Shown: positions 37,245 through 48,429 of the stretch, one piece after another | How positions within the stretch are numbered: the first letter of the stretch is position 1 | Layout of the letters: every line of letters begins with the position of its first letter | Assembly: GCA_002269645.1 (NCBI GenBank) | Contig: NIVC01000327.1 | Location: 186,001 to 250,000 of the forward strand | DNA length: 64,000 nucleotides | Reading direction: 5' to 3' | Origin: Macrostomum lignano | Lineage: Eukaryota | The notes under the pieces: generated by a model | Databases searched by the model: none | Seen by the model: only the letters and a program-made list of their open reading frames with translations | Told to the model about the DNA's origin: nothing | Position numbers and translations under genes: made by a program

Positions 37245-37926
37245 CTCAGATGATTTGTCAATGGACTGATTCTCCTTAATTCTGTTAAACATTGCATATA
37301 GCTGGTCAACTGGGTCACTGGGGCTGGTACTAATGCTATTTCCATCGTCATTGACTTCCATGACTTGGCTTGACACTGGGTCAAGACACCTAAAACAATA
37401 TTAATTATATGAAAATCGAAAATTACAAGAATAAAAAAACGTTTTTGATGCTATCAAGCTACTAAAGAAAATATACACAGTAGTTAAGGATCCGGAGAGA
37501 AAAGTTACAACTTAAGTGGAACACAGCAACAAAAAAGTCTCGCCTCGCCGCGATCAAACAAACACTGCAATGCAATGCTGACTGAACTTTTGGTTTTGCT
37601 ACTGCGATTTCAGCGATCTTAAAATTCTGCTTAAGCTTCAAAAAATTAAATTTCTAAAAACGATATTACGAAATAATAGTTGCATAATGAATTTAAATAT
37701 ATATACATCTAACACGGTTAAACATTAATTCAGAATTTAAAAATGCCTAAGTCATGTGTGCTGTTTTCTACGCTTTAATTTTATTATTGTTAGGCGCAAG
37801 TTTAATATTTTGTTTTCGTAGAACTCTTACAGAGCAAAGGACATCGGTCAAGTCATCTGAGGTGTCTATGAGACTCTGAATCAGACTATCACCCTCACCC
37901 ATCCAGATCGTGGCACACTTCGTCAT
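37245..37926 (-). CDS. Spliced gene of unknown function, three candidate exons (37926-37831, 37617-37544, 37389-37245)
   Basis: ATG after an in-frame stop; donors |GTAAGA, |GCGAGA (GC-AG), |GTGAGT; phases 0, 2, 0 are consistent and the spliced frame is open: MTKCATIW...LCS-IAEIAV...LIAAR-CLDPVSSQVME...DKSSE. No family recognised. Confidence 0.5.
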
Positions 37927-40558
37927 ATTAATTGGGAGTTTGTTTTGTTATGGTGACTGTATGAACATACAAAACGGTTATTTTGAAGGTCAACCTACAA
38001 TATAATATATAAAATACTATCTAAATGACTAAATTAAGTAAATAACTACTACTACTACATTATATATTAGATCAAGATGATCAATAATGTAACTTAACTT
38101 GTGGTGTAAATAATAAGATTTTACGCTGTAGGCCCCCTATGTAATGTAATTGTAGGCCTAAATAAATACAGTTATTAAACATAGAGACACTTAATCTAAA
38201 ATTGATAAAATTATACTTGGTAAGCCTAACTTATGTATGTTGTCTTGTCTATGTCATCAACCTTGACTCAATATTTATAACCTAATTTTTTGTTAATGCC
38301 ATGGTGATTGTTGATTTATTGATTAGGCCTAATAATAAAAGATCTTCAAGTTCCAATTTTTGCTACTTTTTAAACATAAAACTAGATAGTCAATAATGTT
38401 CCACTGTAAGGAGGGTCTAATAGTTTAGAAGTTTTGTCTTTTGAATAGGCAAACTTTTAATTTAGCTCTGTATGCATGATTTATTATCATGTTTAAAAAA
38501 AACACTAGGTCTAATATCCTCCATTTCATTGATTAGTTAACTTCATATCCATTTATTTTAAAAAGAGATTTTCATAGACAGCTAAGCTTATCTAGTGCAC
38601 TTCTAAAATATTAGCACACTTGATGTATTAGAGGTACTGAGGGGTAGCACACAAAACAAGCTAAGGAATTGCACATTAGATAGATAGGCCTACTACACTC
38701 CAGATCATGTAGTATGTGCCCAAAAATTTGGGCATGCATTGGCCTTGCACACCAAAAGTAGGTATGCACAGTTCTAGGTTGCGGATAGTATGCATGTACG
38801 TCGGAACTTTTCTGGTGTACAAAATGGCCACCCTAAGTTCTTGGCATACATAATCAGCGTATACAACCCCTGGCAAACTTTGTTGGCGTATACTATTGCT
38901 AAGTATTAGTGTACACAAGTAACATAGCCATTTATACTTTTTTGGCATACAAATTTTGGTGAATAAATTCATGCCATGCATGAAAATTTTAATATAAATT
39001 AACATTTTTACATAAAGTAACAGAAAATTGTCAGTAAAAAAATTTTGCTTTTTTGAACCTAACAATAAATAAAATTAGTGTAAATTTTTGCTAAGAGTAT
39101 CAATTTTGCATCATATTTTTTGTAGGTATAATTTAAGTTTGTTTAAATTGAAAATCTTTGTAATATTTTAAGAACACTTTTCATACAAAAGCCTTTCTTA
39201 GAAAACTCTACTCGTGAAAAAACCATATTACCTTTTTTAGGAATTTTTGGCGTACATTTTAGCACAACATTTTGTTTTTGGCATACATTGGCATACAAAG
39301 TCCTTGATGCCCGAATTTGGTCTGGCATACATAGATACATGATCCGCACACTGGGCACAGTTGGCATGCTGTACATCACTTCTAAGAAAATAGTATATAT
39401 ATACACACCCAGTGTGCACTTTATAGAATCACATGGAAGAGTTATTGTGAAGTAGAAAAAAGTTAATTTTTAGGCGTAAATTGTAACTTTTCAGTTTTTC
39501 AGTTTTTTTGTTTTCTTTTTTTCAGTTTTAAGTTTGTAATAGGGCATTTAAACAAATCTTTAGATCTATCAATTTTTCTAATGTAAATAGCATTGCCAAA
39601 AAAGCATAAAAATCAACCATATTATTTACCAATTTTTAAACAGTCCATTATGCAATAAAAAAAAGTCATTTATTGTGTAACATTGGCATAGTTTTGAAAA
39701 TGGGCATGTACTTAATTTTGGCATGCATTTGTAATTTTATTCAATTTTTGTTCAGGCATGCACCCAACATGATTTGGACTATAAGATAGATAGTGCACTA
39801 AAGAGATAGCACATGCTTGGAGGGTGGCATGTAGAAGACTTCTTGCTTACTGTATAATGTATTGAAAAGTTGCCCATTAAATATATCCTAATGAAAATTT
39901 ATTAGCAGAATCAGTAGTTAAAAATAAAAAAATTATTTATTTAAAAAATTCTATAAGTGGGTATACACTGATGAACCACTACTGCACTTCAAATCTCTAT
40001 CATTCTCTTCTAAGCAATTGGCAATTGGCATATTCCACTAGCATTTCTTGCAAAATGCTCATCATGCAGTGTGTTTTGCTTGGCCTAATTTATTCCTAGT
40101 TATTTTATTATCCTATATCACAGAATAGAATATGATAATGTTACCAGCAACCAAAATAATGTCAATTCATATGTCATTTTAATCATACTTTTAGTAGTTA
40201 AATATTTCTAACTTTGCTAAAAAAAGAGGGTATAAATAATGAAGAAGGTAGATAAGAAAGACCATTAAAAATGTTATGAGTAAATGGAGACTTTATAATT
40301 GCATAATTTCACTGCATTTAAATACCTAAGATAGCCTTTAAAAATAGTTTTTTTTCTAGCAATTTACCTTGTTGGATAATTATGGCATAATTGTTTACTT
40401 TATTAAATGAAAAAAAAAGTCTATTTTAATATCTAATTTTATATCTTTGTCTTTGCAATTCAATCTATAAATGTACTCTTTTTAGCATTCTCTTTCTAAA
40501 GCTGTTATGGTCACTCTATGAAGATTAAACTTAGTATTTAACTAAAAATTGAAAGAAA

Positions 40559-40741
40559 ATGTTGGCTAATTTTTTACAAAGAAGCTTTGCTTATGGCAGA
40601 GGCAGTTATCCTGTAGCCAAGTCTGAAGCAGCTTTGTCCAGAGATAATCAGCAATATCCATTACTGCAGCAGCAACAGCAGCAGTTATTGAGGTGCTGTG
40701 TCACCTTTTTAGATGATACAACTGCTGTGTTTGCATTTGAG
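40559..40741 (+). CDS. PTPN3/PTPN4 (Ptpmeg)-like FERM protein, exon 1
   Basis: GRGSYPVAKSEAALSRD resembles the PTPN4/Ptpmeg GRTYNVRASELARD leader; CVTFLDDT starts the FERM F1 lobe; donor GAG|GTGAGT. Confidence 0.85.
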
Positions 40742-40914
40742 GTGAGTTGACTTTGTATTGTTAATTGTCTTTGAATACATAATGTTCTGTATAAATTTGA
40801 GGTTTGCATATTTATTTGGACAAACAAGACAGGTCATGAAACATGATGCGAGTAAATGTCTGAAAATTATGTCAGTGTTGCTGTGCAAACTGCAGTCTTT
40901 TTTATTTAGAATTG

Positions 40915-41800
40915 CCTTGGAATCTGCAGTTTCTTAAATTATGAATCGCTTTGAATATGCAGTTTCCCTAATTAATAATTGCGTTGGAATCTGCAGTTTC
41001 CCTAATTAATAAATGCGTTGGAATCTGCAGTTTCCCTAATTAATAATTGCGTTGGAATCTGCAGTTTCCCTAATTAATAATTGCGTTGGAATCTGCAGTT
41101 TCCCTAATTAGGAATCGCCTTGGAATCTGCAGTTTCCCTAATTAGGAATCGCCTTGGAATCTGCAGTTTCCCTAATTAGGAATCGCCTTGGAATCTGCAG
41201 TTTCCCTAATTAATAATTGCGTTGGAATCTGCAGTTTCCCTAATTAGGAATCGCCTTAGAATCTAGAGTTTCCTAATTAGAAATCGATCTTAGAATCTAG
41301 AGTTTCCTAATTAGAAATCGATCCTTAGAATCTGCAGTTTCCCTAATTAGGAATCGCCTTAGAATATGCAGTTTCCCTAATTAGGAATCGCCTTGGAATC
41401 TGCAGTTTCCCTAATTAATAATTGCGTTGGAATCTGCAGTTTCCCTAATTAGGAATCGCCTTAGAATCTAGAGTTTCCTAATTAGAAATCGATCTTAGAA
41501 TCTAGAGTTTCCTAATTAGAAATCGATCCTTAGAATCTGCAGTTTCCCTAATTAGGAATCGCCTTAGAATATGCAGTTTCCCTAATTAGGAATCGCCTTG
41601 GAATCTGCAGTTTCCCTAATTAGGAATCGCCTTGGTATCTGCAGTTTCCCTAATTAGGAATCGCCTTGGAATCTGCAGTTTCCCTAATTAGGAATCGCCT
41701 TGGAATATGCAGTTTCCCTAATTAGGAATCGCCTTGGAATCTGCAGTTTCCCTAATTAGGAATCGCCTTGTAATCTGCAGTTTCCCAATTTAATAATCTG
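40915..41800. repeat. 34-bp minisatellite (GGAATCGCCTTGGAATCTGCAGTTTCCCTAATTA) in FERM intron 1
   Basis: About 25 tandem units. Confidence 0.95.
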
Positions 41801-42139
41801 CACTTTTCTAATTCTACTTTCCTATAAACTGTAGAAAGTTACCGAAGCTCCCTATGTTTATATCGCTGCATTAACTACATGCATTCAAATTATACATTCT
41901 GCAGGCTCTCTAGTCTGCTTTTAGTGTGGAAGCAGAAAGCCAAAAATGATGAACACAAGTTGATAAAGATAACAGTCTTTACAGTGTAGGCAAAGAAAAA
42001 TGGACTTATGTGCACGACGAAGGAAATAGCTGATTTTATCGAACAAAATAATGTTAGTTTTGACCGCAATTTGCTGTGCAAACATTCTAATTGAGTTTTG
42101 TATATCGCGTCTTTCCCTCTACGGTTACCATGACAACAG

Positions 42140-42244
42140 AAGGACGCACTAGGCTATGCGCTGTTGAATAACGTGTTTGACTTTCTCGGCCTGTTGGAAC
42201 GGGAATGCTTCGGATTGCAGTACACTGATGAGCGGGGCATTGCG
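42140..42244 (+). CDS. FERM gene exon 2
   Basis: KDALGYALLNNVFDFLGLLERECFGLQY matches FERM kG..Ll..V..hL.L.E.dyFGL; phase 0/0. Confidence 0.9.
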
Positions 42245-42339
42245 GTGAGTGAAACAAGTCATAATTTTCATTTTGATCTCCGTCTAGTCTCTTTTGTCTC
42301 ATCTAATCTCCATTGTAGATCTATACTAGTCCCTTCTGT

Positions 42340-42730
42340 GTCATGTAATTTTCATCGTAGATCTCTTGTCTCCTGTCTCATCTCCTCTGTCGTATAGATC
42401 TCTAGTCTCCTGTCTCATCTCCTCTGCTGTAGATCTCTAGTCTCTCCTGTCTCATCTCCTCTGTTGTAGATCTCTAGTCTCCTGTCTCATCACCTCTGGC
42501 ATAGATCTCTAGTCTCCTGTCTCACCTCCTCTGGCGTAGATCTCTAGTCTCCTGTCTCATCTCCTCTGGCGTAGATCTCTAGTCTCTCCTGGCTTTCACC
42601 CTGTCGTTCCCATCTTAGATCTGGATTTTCAGTTATTTCATTTCCATTCTCCCTCCTTATGCTATAATCTTTAGTCTCCTGTCTCTCATCTCTTACGCCG
42701 CATCTGATATCTCTAGGTCTCCTCTGTCCC
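42340..42730. repeat. ~33-35-bp minisatellite (GTAGATCTCTAGTCTCCTGTCTCATCTCCTCT) in FERM intron 2
   Basis: Degenerate tandem units. Confidence 0.85.
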
Positions 42731-43138
42731 ATCTTACGTGATTCATTTTTCTTCCTTGTTAGATATTAACAAGATTATGCAAAGTGTCTCGAAGTGGTAG
42801 TAATCTAGGCAATAGTAATGCGGTAGGCCTTGATTTTAATATTAGTATAGTATTATTATAATAGCAACAGTCTAAGCTTTGAAATTGCGCTCTTTCGGTA
42901 AGTTAGACTGTAGAAATTTATGTATCAAAATAGTAAATAGCCTTAATACACAGAATTTAGATAGAATAGCATGCTGAAATTTCTTCATAGAAAGTTTTCA
43001 TAAAGTAAAAGTATTGCGCTGCGCAGTTTACGTTGCTTTTATTGTTTCTCCGTTGTTTCATAGAAACCATAGGAAATGATTTTTAGACACTCGAAATTAT
43101 AAACTGCATTTTCTTAGTAATTTTGCTTTGATTTTCAG

Positions 43139-43184
43139 CATTGGATTAACGCGGATAAATCGTTGCAAAAACAGTTGAAACATG
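43139..43184 (+). CDS. FERM gene exon 3
   Basis: HWINADKSLQKQLKH matches FERM WLdp.K.i.KQlk; phase 0 in, phase 1 out. Confidence 0.9.
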
Positions 43185-43239
43185 GTGAGTACAATAGCGG
43201 CTCCATAATTCATAGTTTCATTTGTCGTTTTTTTTTCAT

Positions 43240-43895
43240 TGAATCGCCCCCCTTCTACCCTAAGAATCGCCCCTTATCTACCCTTGCAATCGCTCCTTAT
43301 CTACCCTGAGAATCGCATCTTATCTACCCTAAGAATCGCCCCTCATCTACCCTGAGAGTAGCCCCTCATCTATCCTGAGAATCGCCCCTCATCTACCCTG
43401 AGAGTAGCCCCTCATCTACCCTGAGAATCGCCCCTCATCTACCCTGAGAGTAGCCCCTCATCTACCCCGAGAGTCGCCCCTCATCTACCCTGAGAGTAGC
43501 CCTTCATCTACCCCGAGAGTCGCCCCTCATCTACCCTGAGAGTAGCCCCTCATCTATCCTGAGAATCGCCCCTCATCTACCCTGAGAGTAGCCCCTCATC
43601 TATCCTGAGAATCGCCCCTCATCTACCCTGAGAGTCGTCCCTCATCTACCCTGAGAGTCGCCCCTCATCTACCCCGAGAGTCGCCCCTCATCTACCCTGA
43701 GAGTAGCCCCTCATCTATCCTGAGAATCGCCCCTCATCTACCCTGAGAGTCGTCCCTCATCTACCCTGAGAGTCGCCCCTCATCTACCCCGAGAGTCGTC
43801 CCTCATCTACCCTGAGAGTCGCCCCTCATCTACCCTGAGAGTCGTCCCTCATCTACCCTGAGAGTCGTCCCTCATCTACCCTGAGAGTCGCCTCT
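43240..43895. repeat. 23-bp minisatellite (CCCCTCATCTACCCTGAGAGTCG) in FERM intron 3
   Basis: About 28 tandem units. Confidence 0.95.
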
Positions 43896-43919
43896 ACTCC
43901 GCCACCTTTGCAATTGCAG

Positions 43920-44277
43920 TTCTGTCGCGATTCTCCTTGCACTTTGGCGTCCGATTTTACGCATCGGACCCGTCGCGACTGCTAGAAGAGTACACCCGCT
44001 ACCAGCTGTTCCTGCAGCTGAGACGCGACCTCACCTCCGGCAAGCTGGTCTGCTCACCCGAATGCGCCGCTCTGCTAGTTAGCTTGGCTCTGCAATCCGA
44101 TTTAGGCGACTGCCAGCTCCCGTTAGCTGCTCAGCTAGACGAGTTTCAGGCTAAGCAGAAGCGAGCCAAACCTCCGTGCGACTGTTTTAAAGCCTGTCAG
44201 CGATTGAAGCTGGCCTGCGTGCCTGGCCAGACTGCAGCTCTGGAGGCCAGGGCGGCTGAGCTGCATGCCAGTCACAG
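43920..44277 (+). CDS. FERM gene exon 4
   Basis: FGVRFYASDPSRLLEEYTRYQLFLQLRRDLTSGKLVC matches PTPN4/Ptpmeg FRVKFYVSDPSRLQEEFTRYQ; phase 1 in, phase 2 out. Confidence 0.93.
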
Positions 44278-44292
44278 GTGTGTGTTTTTTCT

Positions 44293-44293
44293 G

Positions 44294-44368
<75 letters not shown>

Positions 44369-44390
44369 GTCTGTCTGTCTGTCTGTCAGT
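44293..44390. repeat. (CTGT)n microsatellite in FERM intron 4
   Basis: Tetranucleotide run. Confidence 0.95.
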
Positions 44391-44630
44391 CAGTCTGTGT
44401 GCCTGTCTCGGTTTGTCTTGTCTCTTACAGTCTGCCTGACTCCGTGTTTTTCTCTGTCTCTCACTCTCTCTACCACTTGGCCTTTCATTTTAGTTACGTC
44501 CGCCCGTTTTTGTGCCTGTCTTATGTGTTTAGCTTTCGTCTTTCCGACTGTAAAATTCTATTAGTTACTACTTGATTGCAGCAGTAGACTAGTGCGTATT
44601 TTTTAGTTTAAAAAATCCCCTAAATTTCAG

Positions 44631-44718
44631 AGGCTTATCGGCTGGCTGCGCAGAGCTGAGCTTCCTACTAGCGGCTAGGCAGCTGGATCACTACGGCTGC
44701 ATCATGTTCCCCGTTGTG
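44631..44718 (+). CDS. FERM gene exon 5
   Basis: RGLSAGCAELSFLLAARQLDHYG matches FERM GLspaeAE..yL..Ar.Le.YG; phase 2 in, phase 0 out. Confidence 0.9.
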
Positions 44719-44944
44719 GTGAGTACTGGCCTTAATGCATCCATTTGCAGATTTTTCTTTATTTCTACATTATTTAATAACTTGCTAGCTAATGGGAAAA
44801 ATCTGTTCCTGACTTTAAATGTCAATCAAAATACTTTCGTTCATAAATATTAACATCTGGTTGAATTCTATTTCTGTCGGCTGAATGCAATCTAAAATTC
44901 ATAAACCCCATACTCTGCGTAGAATTTCACCTTCGTTCTCACTA

Positions 44945-45365
44945 AATAGACAACCCATAGATACTCAGCAGCACCCAACAACCCAGTTCCAAACCTTATT
45001 GATAACACACTCATTCACTCAGCAGCACCCACCACCCCAGTTCCACAGCCATAGATAACACGCTCGCTCACTCAGCAGCACCCACCACCCCAGTTCCACA
45101 GCCATAGATAACACGCTCGCTCACTCAGCAGCACCCACCACCCCAGTTCCACAGCCATAGATAACATGCTCGCTCACTCAGCAGCACCCACCACCCCAGT
45201 TCCACAGCCATAGATAACACGCTCGCTCACTCAGCAGCACCCACCACCCCAGTTCCACAGCCATAGACAACACGCTCGCTCACTCAGCAGCACCCACCAC
45301 CCCAGTTCCACAGCCATAGATAACACGCTCGCTCACTCAGTAGCACCTACCTCCACAGTCATAGA
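44945..45365. repeat. 53-bp minisatellite in FERM intron 5
   Basis: ACTCAGCAGCACCCACCACCCCAGTTCCACAGCCATAGATAACACGCTCGCTC, about 7-8 copies. Confidence 0.95.
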
Positions 45366-45385
45366 TAACAATTCCACACCCACAG

Positions 45386-46090
45386 GAGAGCAATAAACAG
45401 TCAGCCCAATTAGGCGTCAACTGCTCTGGCTTGTCAGTATTCCGATCGGGCTCGCGTCAGAAGTTGTACGGCTGGGCTAATATAGCAGAGATCAGCTTTC
45501 GCAGGCGAAAATTCAGCGTACACATGTGCGATGCAAACAACAGTGTCGTAGAATTTCAATTAGCCAGTTCTCGTCTGTGCAAACTGGCCTGGCGAGAATG
45601 TGCTCAGCAGCATGCGTTCTTTAGGCTGCCCCACAACACGCATCATGGCCAACAGCAGTCTTTGTTTTCTCTGGGAGTGACTCAAGAATCCGCTTCTCTG
45701 TCTCCGCATTCTTCAATTGCCGCTGTGGTGGCAGCCAGACTGAATGCAGCTTTAGGCATTGTGGCTCAGCAAGCTTCGGCTATGGTTAGTCAAAGACGGC
45801 GCCGGGTAGTGCAGGAGCAGCAGCAGCAGCAGCAGCAACAGCAGAAGAAGCATCGCCAGCACCAGCATCAGCCGTTGCGTCGGGCGTTTCAACGATCGCC
45901 CTGGCGTCAGGCGCTCGAACCTGCAACTCCCGCTGCCGCCGCCGCCGCCGCGGCTTCCATTTCTGCGCGCGATCGACGGCGATTTCAGCTGACATTTGCG
46001 ACTACAACTGCGGCTGCCGCAACTGCGACTGCTACGGCTGCTGCCGCTGCTGCCAGCGGCGAGAGTCCAAGGTCGGTGGTCGAGAGACAG
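45386..46090 (+). CDS. FERM gene exon 6 (F3/PH-like lobe, then polyQ and polyAla low-complexity region)
   Basis: LGVNCSGLSVF...WANIAEISFRRRKF...CKLAWRECAQQHAFFRL is the FERM C-lobe signature; donor CAG|GTGAGG. Confidence 0.9.
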
Positions 46091-46114
46091 GTGAGGCTTC
46101 GGGGTTGGCGTGAA

Positions 46115-46250
46115 CTGCAGCTTGGAGAGTGAAATTGTGGGGTTTGGTGTGAACTGAAGCTTGGAGAGTGACATTGTGGGGTTTGGTGTGAACTGAAGCT
46201 TGGAGAGTGACATTGTGGGGTTTGGTGTGAACTGCTTGGAGAGTGACATT
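46115..46250. repeat. 39-bp minisatellite (GTGAACTGAAGCTTGGAGAGTGACATTGTGGGGTTTGGT)
   Basis: About 3.5 copies just after the exon 6 donor. Confidence 0.9.
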
Positions 46251-46504
46251 GTTATGTAGAGTCAAAAGCTCAGAGTGTCAGGGTGATAAGATCACAGTCT
46301 TCTAGTACCATGCTCAGAGTGACAAGTTGATAACGGTAGAGTGACCCAGTTTCAAATTGTTTCTTGTAAAAAAACTAGTTTTTGTGTATTCATATCTATC
46401 AAGTAGTATTATACAGTAGCTTGTATAGTATATAGAGTCATCTATCATAAAAATACTCTTCACAGCGGCCAGTTTTACTGCGTGGGCATGTAATTGCACA
46501 TTGT

Positions 46505-46580
46505 ATATAGCATGTACGTATATAGCATGTACGTATATAGCATGTACGCATATAGCATGTACGTATATAGCATGTACGCT
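46505..46580. repeat. 15-bp repeat (TATAGCATGTACGTA) x5
   Basis: Tandem units. Confidence 0.9.
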
Positions 46581-46614
46581 CTAGGCTTGTATCTTTCCAT
46601 GCCCTGCAATTCAA

Positions 46615-46650
<36 letters not shown>

Positions 46651-47424
46651 GCTAAAGCTCTTTTAGGCGCTCCCTGTCTGCCTCCCTCGCCCTCGCCCTC
46701 GCCCTTGCCCTCGCCCACTCTGGTCCATCTTGGAATCCGTTTCACACGGACCGTGTGTGGAGAGAGAGCGAGAGAGAGAGAGACGGCTAAAGGTTTACCC
46801 TTGGAGGGCAAGGGAGAAAATGTTGCGTGGGCGGATTGGAAGCGCAATAAACCCGATGGGTCTAGTAGATTTATTATTATTATTATTATGAATATTACTA
46901 GCTATATATATGTGAAGAAGAAATCAGCAATAAGAGTTTCTTTAGACTACTGGCTAAGACTTGAGTAAACTTCCGCAGAAGTTTAGACTGTTTTACAAAC
47001 TAATTTTACTGTGTTTATTTTAAGGCCAAGGAGAAAATAGCTACGATTTACTTGTATCCAGAAAAGTCTTCGTTTTCACTCCTTAATTGCCGATTAGTAA
47101 ACCTCTGCGTAGGCGGCGTGGGCGTTGGCGCCTGTTCCTGGCGCCGCGCTTCGTGTGCGTAGGCGGATCGGGCGCTAATGGGACATTCTTCTCTTGGGGG
47201 GGGGGGGGTGAAGAGAAGTTCTGTTTCTCCCGCTCGGAAAAACAGGAGAGAGCGGCTGCTGTGAGTCGCCGAGATTGGACAGTTCAGGGCGTTTGGGGTC
47301 AGTTTGGGATTGCGGCCCTGTGAGAACAGCTGCTCATTAAGCTGGCCCTGTTTTCCTGCCGCTTGTGAGCTCCTCATTTTGGCCTCACTTGGCCTTGCTC
47401 AGCTCCCACTGCCTGCAGTGCCTT

Positions 47425-47476
47425 GTCTATCCACCCATTTATCTATCTGTCTGCCTTCTATCTATCTATCTATCTG

Positions 47477-47519
<43 letters not shown>

Positions 47520-47550
47520 GTCTGTCTTCTATCTGTCTGTCTTCTATCTA

Positions 47551-47612
<62 letters not shown>

Positions 47613-47613
47613 C

Positions 47614-47667
<54 letters not shown>

Positions 47668-47784
47668 GTCTGTCTTCTATCTATATCTATCTATCTACGC
47701 TCGTATCTATCTATCTATCTATCTATCCATCTATCCATCTATCTATCTATCTATCTATCAATCTATCTATCTATCTATCTATCC

Positions 47785-47818
<34 letters not shown>
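47425..47818. repeat. (CTAT)n microsatellite
   Basis: Tetranucleotide run with variants. Confidence 0.95.
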
Positions 47819-48429
47819 TGATCCACCGGTCTTGTACCGTCTAGATACCCATATAAAATAGTAACACACCGGCTATACATAATTATCCGAGCACTGTTAT
47901 ACATCGCTATGTTATTTCTCAAAGCATCTCAGCTGCTTCAGAATGCAATCAATTATTCAGCTGAGTAGGAATCGCTCTTTCCCTCTCCTGATGTATTCGA
48001 AGTGAAGCTGTCAGCTTGAATATGCTTGTATAGCATGCAGATTATGTATGCATATATAAGCATATTAGTATTATTGCATTATCAAAACGCGTTCGGCTAT
48101 CCGCAAATGTACTTTTAGCGCTATCAATCCAACCAGCATCCCATTTCTGGGTGTAAACAGAATTTCTCTTTCCCCCCGTAGTTTGATCCTCCCGCCTCTC
48201 TATTCTTCTCTAGATGGGGCACTTTATTAAATGGGAGAGCAACTGAGGTGCCTCTAATCTAAGGGTAAAAGAGGAGAGATTTCAATAGCGCACTGTACTA
48301 TTCACAAGCCCCACTCTGGCCCAAGTAGCGATTCGTAACTTCATCTAGACTGGCTTGGCTCGGGACCCTGTGCACGCCCACGCATTCCCCTTTTTTCACA
48401 TACTCACACCCTCTCTCCCCATCTCTCCC

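Noticed and set aside
38695-39345. Degenerate TIR pair (GATCATGTA...TATG..GCC) resembling the 34993 family
   Set aside because: Termini too decayed and no TSD could be identified.
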